Shown one piece after another: positions 27,548 through 36,015 of a DNA stretch of 64,000 nt. Position 1 is the stretch's first letter; every line of letters begins with the position of its first letter. The notes beneath the pieces are model-generated. The model did no database searches. It was not told the DNA's origin and saw only the letters and a list, made by a program, of their open reading frames with translations. This DNA is from an uncultured bacterium. Its GTDB lineage: Bacteria > Chlamydiota > Chlamydiia > Chlamydiales > JAAKFR01. The DNA is taken from NCBI GenBank assembly GCA_964350245.1, contig CAYGJC010000005.1, forward strand, positions 37,974-101,973. The letters run 5' to 3'. A program made the translations under genes and the position numbers.

Positions 27548-28618
27548 ATGGAAATTGTCGAGACTTTAGAGAAGTGGGCGCAGGTCAATTCTCATTCTTT
27601 AAACAGCGCTGGACTCGAAAAGATGGTCCAACTTGCTAAGCAGGCCTGTACGTCTCTTCGACCCGACGAAATGAGGCATTATCCCTTCGGACTTTCAATA
27701 AAAAAAAGAAAAAACGCCCCCCTCCAGATTTTTCTCGGAGGACATCTCGATACGGTTTTTTCCACTGAACACCCCTTTCAAACCGTGAAGCGATTAGACC
27801 CAGACAGACTACAGGGGCCCGGCGTAACCGATATGAAAGGAGGCATCTTGGTAATGCTTCTAGCTCTGAAAGAATTTGAAGCCTCTGCTTATGCTGAGCG
27901 AGTGGGATGGGAGATTTTTCTCAATCTAGACGAGGAGCTCGGTTCCCCTCAATCTGCTTTCTACCACCAAAAACACGCTCATCAATTTCACTACGCTCTT
28001 ATTTTTGAACCCACCCTGCCCAATGGCTCATTTGTGAGCGCTCGCAAATCTTCTTCCACCTATTCGGTTGTGAGCCATGGAGTCTCCGCACACGCCGGAA
28101 GAGATCCCGAAAAGGGGAAAAATGCAATCTATCCCTTAAGCAGATTCCTCGCCCAGGTAGAGAAACTACATACTTCTGAGACATGCATAAATGCAGGTCT
28201 CATCAAAGGAGGCACAGCCTTTAATGTCGTTCCTGATTACGCTGAGGCGACGCTTAATATTCGCTCATACGAGGAGATGGAACCGGCGCTGAAAAAACTC
28301 GCTGACGATGAGGGAGTCGAACTCAACCGTATTACCTACCGCCCTGCCAAACCCTTTAATGCACAAACTCAGCAACTCTTTTCCCTACTCAAAGAGTGTG
28401 GTGAAATGCTTGGACAAAGCGTGCAATGGGAGGAGACGGGAGGTGTTTGTGACGGCAATACTTTCGGAGCGGCAGGAATCCCCACAATTGACACAATGGG
28501 TGTTGAGGGAGACGGGATCCATACTAGTCAAGAATATGTCTATCTACCTAGTATTACAAAAAAGGCTCAATTAACAGCTCGCCTACTTGAAGAGCTTGCC
28601 AAAAGAGAAACGCTATGA
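27548..28618 (+). CDS. M20-family metallopeptidase (CPG2/ArgE/DapE-like); candidate N-succinylglutamate desuccinylase
   Basis: GGHLDTVF and GPGVTDMKGG metal-binding and catalytic blocks. The stop overlaps the next gene's start (ATGA). This is the first gene of the ast-like operon. Confidence 0.8.
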   Translation: MEIVETLEKWAQVNSHSLNSAGLEKMVQLAKQACTSLRPDEMRHYPFGLSIKKRKNAPLQIFLGGHLDTVFSTEHPFQTVKRLDPDRLQGPGVTDMKGGILVMLLALKEFEASAYAERVGWEIFLNLDEELGSPQSAFYHQKHAHQFHYALIFEPTLPNGSFVSARKSSSTYSVVSHGVSAHAGRDPEKGKNAIYPLSRFLAQVEKLHTSETCINAGLIKGGTAFNVVPDYAEATLNIRSYEEMEPALKKLADDEGVELNRITYRPAKPFNAQTQQLFSLLKECGEMLGQSVQWEETGGVCDGNTFGAAGIPTIDTMGVEGDGIHTSQEYVYLPSITKKAQLTARLLEELAKRETL

Positions 28619-29988
28619 CCGATCTCACCGCTGATGCGCTGCGGCGCGACCCTGATTTTTACACGTCTGTACAGAAAATCCTTGACACTGTTGAGAGACA
28701 CAGCAGTAAAATTGAGGGTATCCGTCCCCCGAATCCAGTGCTCACACAAACATACGAAGAGACGCTAGAGACTTTCAATGGCTACCGAGGCAATCCTCTT
28801 TTTTACCCCTACTTAGGTAGCGGTCTGGGAAAAGGCACTCTTGTCGAACTGGCTGATGGAAGTGTAAAACACGACTTTATCAGCGGCATTGGCGTGCATT
28901 TTGGACACTCCCACCCAACCGTTCTCGCAGCAATGCTGCAAGGAGCTGTCGAAGATATCGCCATGCAAGGACACTTGCAGCAAAACCGCATCTCCTTTGA
29001 GCTAACTGAACTCCTTTTAAAATTCACCCATATGGATCATGGCATCCTCTGCAACTCAGGTGCAATGGCTAATGAGAATGCCCTTAAAATCATCCTGCAG
29101 AAAAAAGCGCCCGCACACCGTATTCTGGCTTTTGATCGCTGTTTCATGGGACGCACCCTTGCTCTTGCGCAAATCACGGATAAAGCGGCTTTTCGGCAGG
29201 GTCTCCCCCACATCCTTCATGTCGATTACGTTCCTTTTTACGACTGGCGCGACCCTGCCGGTAGCACCCAGAAAGCCCTAGAAGCTCTTGCCAAGCTCCT
29301 GAAGCGTCATCCTGAAAAATATGCGTGCATGTGCTTTGAGCTCATCCAAGGAGAAGGCGGGTGTAACCCAGGGGAAAAGGCATTTTTTGTCGCACTGATG
29401 CAAACGCTCAAAGAACACTCTATTGCCGTGATGGTTGATGAGGTTCAAACATTTGGTCGAACTGATTGCCTACTTGCCTACCAGAGCTTTGGTCTGGAAG
29501 AGTTTGTCGACGTGGTCACAGTGGGCAAACTGATGCACACCTGTGCCACTCTTTTTACTTCTGAGTTTTGTCCTCTCCCAGGCTTGATTGCACAAACCTA
29601 CACGGCAGCTAGTTCCTCCATGTACGTCGCAAAGGCAATCCTACACTCTTTGGTGAACGATGGCTATCTGGGCAGCAATGGAAAAAACATGCAGATTCGT
29701 CAGCATTTTGTCGACCATCTTGAGAAAATTGCCCAAAAATACCCCGACCACTTTGAAGGGCCCTTTGGGCACGGCCTTATGATTGCAGCAACCCCTTTTA
29801 AAGGGGATAGAGAACGTGTAATCCATTTTGTCCATGCTCTATTTAAAGCAGGCGTCATTGCCTTCATTGCTGGAAATGAGCCAACGCGTATCCGCTTTTT
29901 AGTTCCTGCAGGAGGCGTTACAATGGAAGCCATCGACCAGGTTTCTGTTATCTTAGAAGAGGTGTTGGTTGAATGCCTGAGCCCATAG
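28615..29988 (+). CDS. Class III (PLP) aminotransferase, presumptive succinylornithine transaminase
   Basis: NSGAMANENALK and MVDEVQTFGRT blocks of class III aminotransferases. At 457 aa it is longer and more divergent than E. coli AstC. Confidence 0.7.
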   Translation: MTDLTADALRRDPDFYTSVQKILDTVERHSSKIEGIRPPNPVLTQTYEETLETFNGYRGNPLFYPYLGSGLGKGTLVELADGSVKHDFISGIGVHFGHSHPTVLAAMLQGAVEDIAMQGHLQQNRISFELTELLLKFTHMDHGILCNSGAMANENALKIILQKKAPAHRILAFDRCFMGRTLALAQITDKAAFRQGLPHILHVDYVPFYDWRDPAGSTQKALEALAKLLKRHPEKYACMCFELIQGEGGCNPGEKAFFVALMQTLKEHSIAVMVDEVQTFGRTDCLLAYQSFGLEEFVDVVTVGKLMHTCATLFTSEFCPLPGLIAQTYTAASSSMYVAKAILHSLVNDGYLGSNGKNMQIRQHFVDHLEKIAQKYPDHFEGPFGHGLMIAATPFKGDRERVIHFVHALFKAGVIAFIAGNEPTRIRFLVPAGGVTMEAIDQVSVILEEVLVECLSP

Positions 29989-30962
29989 CGATCATAAGAC
30001 CTGCACACATCGATGACCTCAAACACTTTTATGCTTTTGCAATGGAGGCAGGCCCTGGAATCACTAGCTTGCCTAGGAGTGAGAAACATCTCGAACAGCT
30101 CCTCCTAAATCCTAAGGAAAAAGGAAGTTTTCTCTTTTGCCTTGAGTGGGATGGAAATGTGATTGGCACAACCGGGTTGGTCACACATGTCGGTGTTGAA
30201 AACCCCTTTTTTGCCTACCACAAAAAATTCGAATCCTTTCGCTCTGCTTCACTCCAAATCGACCGAGATGTTCCTGTTTTACATTTTATCGAAGCGCACA
30301 AAAAACCCACTGAGATCGGAACCTTATATCTAAAAAAAGCATTCCGAAAACACGGTTTTGGTCCTCTGCTCTCTTATGCCCGCTTTTTATATATTGCTCT
30401 TTACAGAGACCTTTTTGCTTCCTCGGTGATTGCCGAAATACGTGGTTTCAACAACAAGGGTGTCTCTCCCTTTTGGGGGGCGATTGGCCGCCCTTTTTTC
30501 AACCTTCCCTTTTCCGAGGCTGATCATTTACGGATTCTCAATCCAGAGGCGATTCAAGAGCTCTTTCCACGGCATCCCATTTACACCATTTTGCTTGCGC
30601 AAGAGGCGCAAGAAGCGATGGGTAATCCGCATCCCTTTACGGTCCCTGCAAAAAAAATGTTAGAAAAACAGGGGTTTCGTACGAGCGATTACCTCGATAT
30701 CTTTGATGGGGGACCTCACCTCTATGCTCCCACAGATGAGATCCACGCAGTGACCACAAGCCAAAGAGCGCAGATTTCTACTTTATCTCAAGCGCTTGTA
30801 GATGGCGAAAAAGCCATTGTTGCCACGACCACAAACCCATTTTACGCCTGCGCCACCTCTATTTTAATCGAAGAAGGGCGCGTGACCCTTTCCCAAGAGG
30901 CAGGAAAAGCTTTAAATGTAGAAGTTGGAGAAGAAATCATTTTTTACAGGTTTGCCTCATGA
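29973..30962 (+). CDS. astA: Arginine N-succinyltransferase
   Basis: N-terminus IIRPAHIDDLKHFYAFAMEAGPGITSLPRSEKHLEQ resembles E. coli AstA ([34 protein letters not shown]). Length is 329 aa. Confidence 0.85.
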   Translation: MPEPIAIIRPAHIDDLKHFYAFAMEAGPGITSLPRSEKHLEQLLLNPKEKGSFLFCLEWDGNVIGTTGLVTHVGVENPFFAYHKKFESFRSASLQIDRDVPVLHFIEAHKKPTEIGTLYLKKAFRKHGFGPLLSYARFLYIALYRDLFASSVIAEIRGFNNKGVSPFWGAIGRPFFNLPFSEADHLRILNPEAIQELFPRHPIYTILLAQEAQEAMGNPHPFTVPAKKMLEKQGFRTSDYLDIFDGGPHLYAPTDEIHAVTTSQRAQISTLSQALVDGEKAIVATTTNPFYACATSILIEEGRVTLSQEAGKALNVEVGEEIIFYRFAS

Positions 30963-32422
30963 GAGAGTCGCATTTTATTTCGGGAAGCTGGGTTGAAGGA
31001 TTTGGAGAGCCCTTCCGTTCCCTTAACCCCGCCACCCAATCGACTCTTTGGGAGGGACGCCAAGCGACTCCCGATGAGGTTCACGAAGCTGTTTCTGCTG
31101 CACGAGAGGCCTTTCCTAAGTGGAGCGCGCTTAACTTTGAAAAGCGCCTCTCTTTTCTCAAAGAGTATGAAAAAACTCTCAAAGAAAATAACTCTCAACT
31201 CGTAGAGGCAATCTGCCAAGAGACAGGGAAGCCCAAGTGGGAATCGACCCAGGAGGTCAATGCCATGATCGGCAAGATCGACGTTTCAGTCGAAGCTTAC
31301 CGAGAAAGATGTCCCGATAAAGCAGTGACCTCGACGCTCCACACGAGACACAAACCCCATGGAGTTGCAGCTGTTTTAGGTCCTTTCAACTTCCCTGCCC
31401 ACCTTCCCAATGGACATATCGTGCCTGCCCTTCTAGCGGGTAACACCGTCGTTTTTAAAAGTAGCGACTACACACCTCTTGTCGCAGAAACCATGATGCG
31501 CTGCCTCTCTTCACTTCCTAGGGGAGTGATCAATCTAGTTCAAGGAAAAGAAACAACGGGTCACTCTTTGGCAATTCACCCTCAAATTGATGCTCTTTTT
31601 TTTACCGGAAGCCACAAAACGGGGGCTCTACTGCTGGATGCATTCCGTCACCATCCTGAGAAAATCCTCGCTCTTGAAATGGGAGGGAATACGCCTCTGA
31701 TCGTCACCGAAACAAATGATTTAGAAGGAGCCGCCTACTTGACCATTCAGTCAGCCTATCTCACAGCCGGACAACGGTGCTCGTGTGCGCGGCGATTGAT
31801 CGTCCCCACCGGCAAAGAGGGGGATGAATTTCTCAAGATTCTCACACATATGGTAGCCTCTATCCAAGTAGGGCCCTACACCGATCAACCCGAACCATTT
31901 ATGGGCCCACTCATTGATCTAGGCATCACAGAAAAGCTTCTCAACGCACAAGCGACCTATGGAGCCGAAGGTGGAGACTGTCTTGTTGAGATGACTCCCC
32001 TCAAAGCGGAACTCCCCTTCTTAACTCCCGGTCTAATGGATGTGACAGAGGTACACCACATCGTTGATGAAGAGCTTTTTGGCCCCTTCCTCAAAGTGAC
32101 GCGCGTCCCAAACTTTGAAACCGCAATCAAAGAGGCCAACCGTACAAGGTATGGACTGGCTGCCGGTCTGATCAGCTCTAATCCCGAGAAATACCACCGT
32201 TTTTATAGGGAAGTGAGAGCTGGCGTCATCAACTGGAATCACCCCACAACCGGAGCAAGTAGCCGCGCCCCTTTTGGAGGTTTGGGAAACAGTGGAAACT
32301 TTAGGCCAGGCGGCTATTATGCAGCAGATTATTGCTCCTACCCAGTTGCCTCTATGGAACAAGAAACTCTTCACATCCCTAGGCAGATCGCCCCCGGAAT
32401 TACCTTTTTGGCAAAATCATGA
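30959..32422 (+). CDS. astD: Succinylglutamate-semialdehyde dehydrogenase
   Basis: Aldehyde dehydrogenase family (ALEMGGNTP, AGQRCSCARRL catalytic Cys) with an AstD-like N-terminus (FISGSWVEG...). ATGA overlaps on both sides. Confidence 0.85.
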   Translation: MRESHFISGSWVEGFGEPFRSLNPATQSTLWEGRQATPDEVHEAVSAAREAFPKWSALNFEKRLSFLKEYEKTLKENNSQLVEAICQETGKPKWESTQEVNAMIGKIDVSVEAYRERCPDKAVTSTLHTRHKPHGVAAVLGPFNFPAHLPNGHIVPALLAGNTVVFKSSDYTPLVAETMMRCLSSLPRGVINLVQGKETTGHSLAIHPQIDALFFTGSHKTGALLLDAFRHHPEKILALEMGGNTPLIVTETNDLEGAAYLTIQSAYLTAGQRCSCARRLIVPTGKEGDEFLKILTHMVASIQVGPYTDQPEPFMGPLIDLGITEKLLNAQATYGAEGGDCLVEMTPLKAELPFLTPGLMDVTEVHHIVDEELFGPFLKVTRVPNFETAIKEANRTRYGLAAGLISSNPEKYHRFYREVRAGVINWNHPTTGASSRAPFGGLGNSGNFRPGGYYAADYCSYPVASMEQETLHIPRQIAPGITFLAKS

Positions 32423-33660
32423 GAGAAGTCAACTTTGATGGCCTCGCTGGTCCCTCCCACTACTTTGGCGGATTGTCTTATGGCAACCTAGCGTCGATGG
32501 AGCATGCTAAGCGCCCCTCCAACCCAAAACAAGCCGCCCTTCAGGGTCTCAAAAAAATGAAACGCCTCGCTGATCTGGGAATTCCTCAAGCCGTATTACC
32601 GCCCCAAGAGCGTCCCTCAATCCCTTACCTGCGCGCACTCGGATTTCGAGGGAAGGACCACGAGATTCTTGCCCAAACCCCACCTGATCTACGTGCTCTT
32701 CTCTGCTCTTCTTCAGCCATGTGGCGGGCCAACAGCGCCACTGTCACTCCTTCATGCGATAGTTTTGATGGACGTGTCCACATCACGATTGCAAATCTAC
32801 TCGCTACCCTACATCGCACGCTTGAGGTAGAAGAGACCCAAAGGCTGTTTTGTCTTCTTTTCTCAAACCCCGAAAAATTTGCCCTACACTCTCCATTGCC
32901 CTTTGCAGACGAGGGATCAGCCAACCACATCCGTTTTACTCCCTCTGAGGATCAACCCGGCACCCACCTTTATGTATATGGGAGAAGTGTTTTTGAGCCG
33001 AATACCACCCGTTTTCCGGCTAGGCAGACCAAAGAAGCCTGTGAAGCCATCGCACGTACTCACGGCAGCCGCGCTGTCTTTGCCCGCCAAAATCCTGCCC
33101 TGATCGAAAAAGGGGTCTTTCACAACGACGTGATCGCCTGCGGAAATCGTTCGACGCTTCTTTATCACCCCGAAGCCTTTGAGGATACCGGCAGTGTCTT
33201 GGCTCAGATCGAGCGCACCTGCCCTCTCCAAAAGATCCAAGTCGAAATCTCCATCGAGCAGGCCATTGAAACCTACCTGTTCAACTCTCAACTCCTCACA
33301 CTGCCCGATCAAACGCAACTGCTGCTCGCTCCATCGGAGTGCCATCAGCTCTCTCTCAACTGGCTCCCTTTTCCTGTAGAGTTTGTTGATCTTAAACAGA
33401 GTATGTTGAATGGAGGGGGGCCTGCTTGTTTGCGTCTTGCCGTTCCTCTAACTGATGAGGAAATCCAAGAAATACATCCTCAAATCTTCTTAGATGAAGC
33501 GCTTTACCGAAAGCTAACAGACTGGGTGTCAGAATACTATCGAGATCGACTGACTCCTGCAGATTTTGCTGATCCAGTCTTTCTAACAGAGGTGCAAACA
33601 GCACTCGACGCCCTCACCCAAATTCTCAAGTTCGGCTCGTTTTACTCATTCCAGTCATGA
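32419..33660 (+). CDS. astB: N-succinylarginine dihydrolase
   Basis: REVNFDGLAGPSHYFGGLSYGN matches the AstB N-terminus ([21 protein letters not shown]). The C-terminal NGGGPACLRL block contains the catalytic Cys. Confidence 0.9.
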   Translation: MREVNFDGLAGPSHYFGGLSYGNLASMEHAKRPSNPKQAALQGLKKMKRLADLGIPQAVLPPQERPSIPYLRALGFRGKDHEILAQTPPDLRALLCSSSAMWRANSATVTPSCDSFDGRVHITIANLLATLHRTLEVEETQRLFCLLFSNPEKFALHSPLPFADEGSANHIRFTPSEDQPGTHLYVYGRSVFEPNTTRFPARQTKEACEAIARTHGSRAVFARQNPALIEKGVFHNDVIACGNRSTLLYHPEAFEDTGSVLAQIERTCPLQKIQVEISIEQAIETYLFNSQLLTLPDQTQLLLAPSECHQLSLNWLPFPVEFVDLKQSMLNGGGPACLRLAVPLTDEEIQEIHPQIFLDEALYRKLTDWVSEYYRDRLTPADFADPVFLTEVQTALDALTQILKFGSFYSFQS

Positions 33661-33987
33661 GCCCTGTTGAGAAGTAGGCCATTCTTTTCCATACAGCTCC
33701 TCGTACAACCGTCTGTACTCTTCATTCTCCAACATATAGCGACGCCCTCTTGCTCTCAACTCCCTTTGTTCACGCGCGCGGCGCATTCGCCTTGTATAGC
33801 GCTCTTCCCATTGCCGTTCCCGCTCGTCTAAATCGATTTCTCCCCAACTCCCCTGGAGTTGTCGTTCCTGATATGGAGTGTTGAGTTCTTCCGTGGTTGG
33901 CCTTTCCTGCATGAAATCACCGTCTTCTTGTGCCATCATGGATGCAGAAAAAAGCACCACATATGCCGTCAAAAAAAATGTTCTCAT
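33655..33987 (-). CDS. Small secreted R/E-rich hypothetical protein
   Basis: 110 aa. SD GAAGGAAG upstream. Signal peptide MRTFFLTAYVVLFSASMMAQ, then a highly charged R/E/Q-rich sequence. Confidence 0.5.
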   Translation of the reverse strand: MRTFFLTAYVVLFSASMMAQEDGDFMQERPTTEELNTPYQERQLQGSWGEIDLDERERQWEERYTRRMRRAREQRELRARGRRYMLENEEYRRLYEELYGKEWPTSQQGS

Positions 33988-34123
33988 TTTTCTTCCTTCT
34001 TAAATCACCACTAGTGATGATAAGCCATCTGCATGCCAGCCTGTCTGTTTTGGATTTATCTCGATTTTATCAAGTCCGAGCCCAAAGCCGGATGGCAATA
34101 GTCCCCATCTTGACTTTTCTTAC

Positions 34124-34759
34124 TCATACCAGTGAGGAGGGGGGGCCAAAGCCGCAAAAAAAGTTGACACTAGGCATCTCTATTCCTTGATTCAATTCGC
34201 GGAAAAGCAGGCTGGCGATAACAAAGGGCCAAGGGAGCAAGGCTAAAACAATAAAAACCCGATCGTTCCTATTTCCTAAGTGAAAAGCTCCGCCCCTTCC
34301 AAAGGCCATCCCACATAGCTGCACGAACTGCAAGGCGCAGACCACAAGTGCCCCTATCATCCCCACTTTTTCGGCAATGACTGAGGGAGATCGCCTATCC
34401 AGAGGGGTAAAAGAGCGTAGTACCATTGCCACAGGGGGGCCAAATCCACAAGCAAACCTCAATCTAGGAATAATGAGATGTTTGTTTGAGCGCTGCGCTG
34501 AGACAAGCCAGATTGTCATCCAGATCGATGCCACCAGACCATAGAGTTTTTGAACCCGTTTTATTAAGGGACTTTGAAGACGTTGACACCCCTTAAAAGG
34601 GAGGCATGTATAGGCGGCCATACTGCAGACTAAAGCCGCGCAAGCGACTTGCTGAATACTTTGATTTGAATCCCCCTTAGCAGACTCTAGTGGCCTAAAG
34701 GACTCGAGATCCAGCTGATGCTGCCCTGTATAAGGAATAAGTGCCATAATACTGAGCAA
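34124..34759 (-). CDS. Hypothetical membrane protein with repeated CGFGPP motif
   Basis: About 207-211 aa (TTG at 34759 or ATG at 34747). Several hydrophobic segments. The motif C-G-F-G-P-P occurs twice (RFACGFGPPVAMV and NFFCGFGPPSSLV). Divergent from the triplet operon. Confidence 0.5.
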   Translation of the reverse strand: MLSIMALIPYTGQHQLDLESFRPLESAKGDSNQSIQQVACAALVCSMAAYTCLPFKGCQRLQSPLIKRVQKLYGLVASIWMTIWLVSAQRSNKHLIIPRLRFACGFGPPVAMVLRSFTPLDRRSPSVIAEKVGMIGALVVCALQFVQLCGMAFGRGGAFHLGNRNDRVFIVLALLPWPFVIASLLFRELNQGIEMPSVNFFCGFGPPSSLV

Positions 34760-34823
34760 GAATATTTTATGATCAATTTTTCTGCAAACAGTTTGTTAAG
34801 ACGAAGTCTCTTCTATCAAGACC

Positions 34824-34852
34824 TTGTTAATATTATTAATAAATATTAACAA
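34824..34852. promoter_or_regulatory. 29-bp palindromic element (11-bp arms ttgttaatatt / aatattaacaa, 7-nt AT spacer)
   Basis: The arms at 34824-34834 and 34842-34852 are exact reverse complements. The element lies immediately upstream of the -35 hexamer. Confidence 0.5.
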
Positions 34853-34858
34853 AAGTCA

Positions 34859-34887
34859 TTGATAATTAAAAATTTATTTGCTATAAT
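34859..34887 (+). promoter_or_regulatory. Sigma-70/sigma-66-type promoter: TTGATA, 17-nt spacer, TATAAT
   Basis: -35 ttgata at 34859-34864, a 17-nt spacer, and -10 tataat at 34882-34887. The start codon at 34930 is about 40 nt downstream. Confidence 0.6.
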
Positions 34888-34929
34888 ATTTACATATTAA
34901 TTTTTAAACACATATAAGGTAATAAAAAT

Positions 34930-35418
34930 ATGCCAGGTTCTACAGTTACTAAAGATAAGAACCCTGATCAGATCCAGCCTCTTCAAGCCAGCCCTGCTGC
35001 TACTAAGAGTGAAGGAGGAACGCCTAAATTTAACTATTTTACCATCCTCTTCTACCTCCTCGTTGATGCGATGCAGACTAGGCAGGATACCGTCTTGACT
35101 CAGTCAAAGGTCCTAGAGGCTAACTCAGCTGCTCAGAACAAGTTAAACAAGGAAAACGCCCAAATTAAGTTTAGCATCCTTCCTGAAGGGGCTAACAACC
35201 CCACGATTAACCGAGTTCAGGACCAAAACCAACAGTATGCGGCGTCTAGAGAAGATATTCAGAACGCACTGATTACGTGTCGTCAGACAGCTCAGGTAGA
35301 GATGACCCAGACGACGACAAACGTGAACATTTTACAGCAAGATGCTTCGGAAGACTCCGGGTGGTTGAAGACCCTGAACACCATCTTCCAAGTCATCAAT
35401 GAACTTACTAAGAGATAA
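34930..35418 (+). CDS. Small helical protein, paralog 1 of 3 (EspA/SseB-like architecture, putative T3S substrate)
   Basis: 162 aa. AAGGTAATAAAAATATG initiation region. Hydrophobic helix FTILFYLLVDAM, then KVLEANSAAQNKLNKE. C-terminal Q/N/T-rich heptad helix. Confidence 0.7.
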   Translation: MPGSTVTKDKNPDQIQPLQASPAATKSEGGTPKFNYFTILFYLLVDAMQTRQDTVLTQSKVLEANSAAQNKLNKENAQIKFSILPEGANNPTINRVQDQNQQYAASREDIQNALITCRQTAQVEMTQTTTNVNILQQDASEDSGWLKTLNTIFQVINELTKR

Positions 35419-35433
35419 AAAAAGGTATAATAA

Positions 35434-36000
35434 ATGGTATTAGAAACAATAAAAAAAGAAGCTATTTTTTTGGGCGCTCACGAAGCCCATAAGAAAAGCG
35501 CTGTGCAACAAGCAGCGCAAAAAAAACAAGAGAACGGGAGCGGTGTTGATCCTCTTATCCTCGCTTACTCGATGATTTTTCATGCGGTTCAAATTAACCA
35601 TGAAACCGCTTCGATCAAGTCAAAAGAGGTACAAGCAAATGCCGTTGCTCAGAATAAGTTGATCGACCGCGAGGGTGTCTTTAACTTCTACACTTTATCA
35701 AAGCACCAATTGTTCGCTAAGGACGTGCATATGAACATCTGGAACGGAAAGCACTACGTTACTTATGCGATGAGAACAAAGGTCGCTCAAACGGACCTGA
35801 CACAGCTGAACACAAAGAACCAAGAGATTGCGGCTCTGCGAAACCAGCTGGGAGACAAACTGACTGTACTACAGCAGGGGTCTCAGATTAAAGAAACCGA
35901 GGTGAACACGGTCATGAGTGAGAACCAGCAATCGATCTCACAAGGATCTAGTTTGATGAATATGTTGGTTAGTTTATCCAACCAAATTTCGCAAATATAA
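35434..36000 (+). CDS. Small helical protein, paralog 2 of 3
   Basis: 188 aa. AAGGTATAATAAATG initiation region. LILAYSMIFHAV, then KEVQANAVAQNKLIDRE. W-N-G core. C-terminal LTVLQQGSQIKETEVNTVMSENQQSISQGSSLMNMLVSLSNQI. Confidence 0.7.
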   Translation: MVLETIKKEAIFLGAHEAHKKSAVQQAAQKKQENGSGVDPLILAYSMIFHAVQINHETASIKSKEVQANAVAQNKLIDREGVFNFYTLSKHQLFAKDVHMNIWNGKHYVTYAMRTKVAQTDLTQLNTKNQEIAALRNQLGDKLTVLQQGSQIKETEVNTVMSENQQSISQGSSLMNMLVSLSNQISQI

Positions 36001-36015
36001 TTAAGGTAATAAAAT

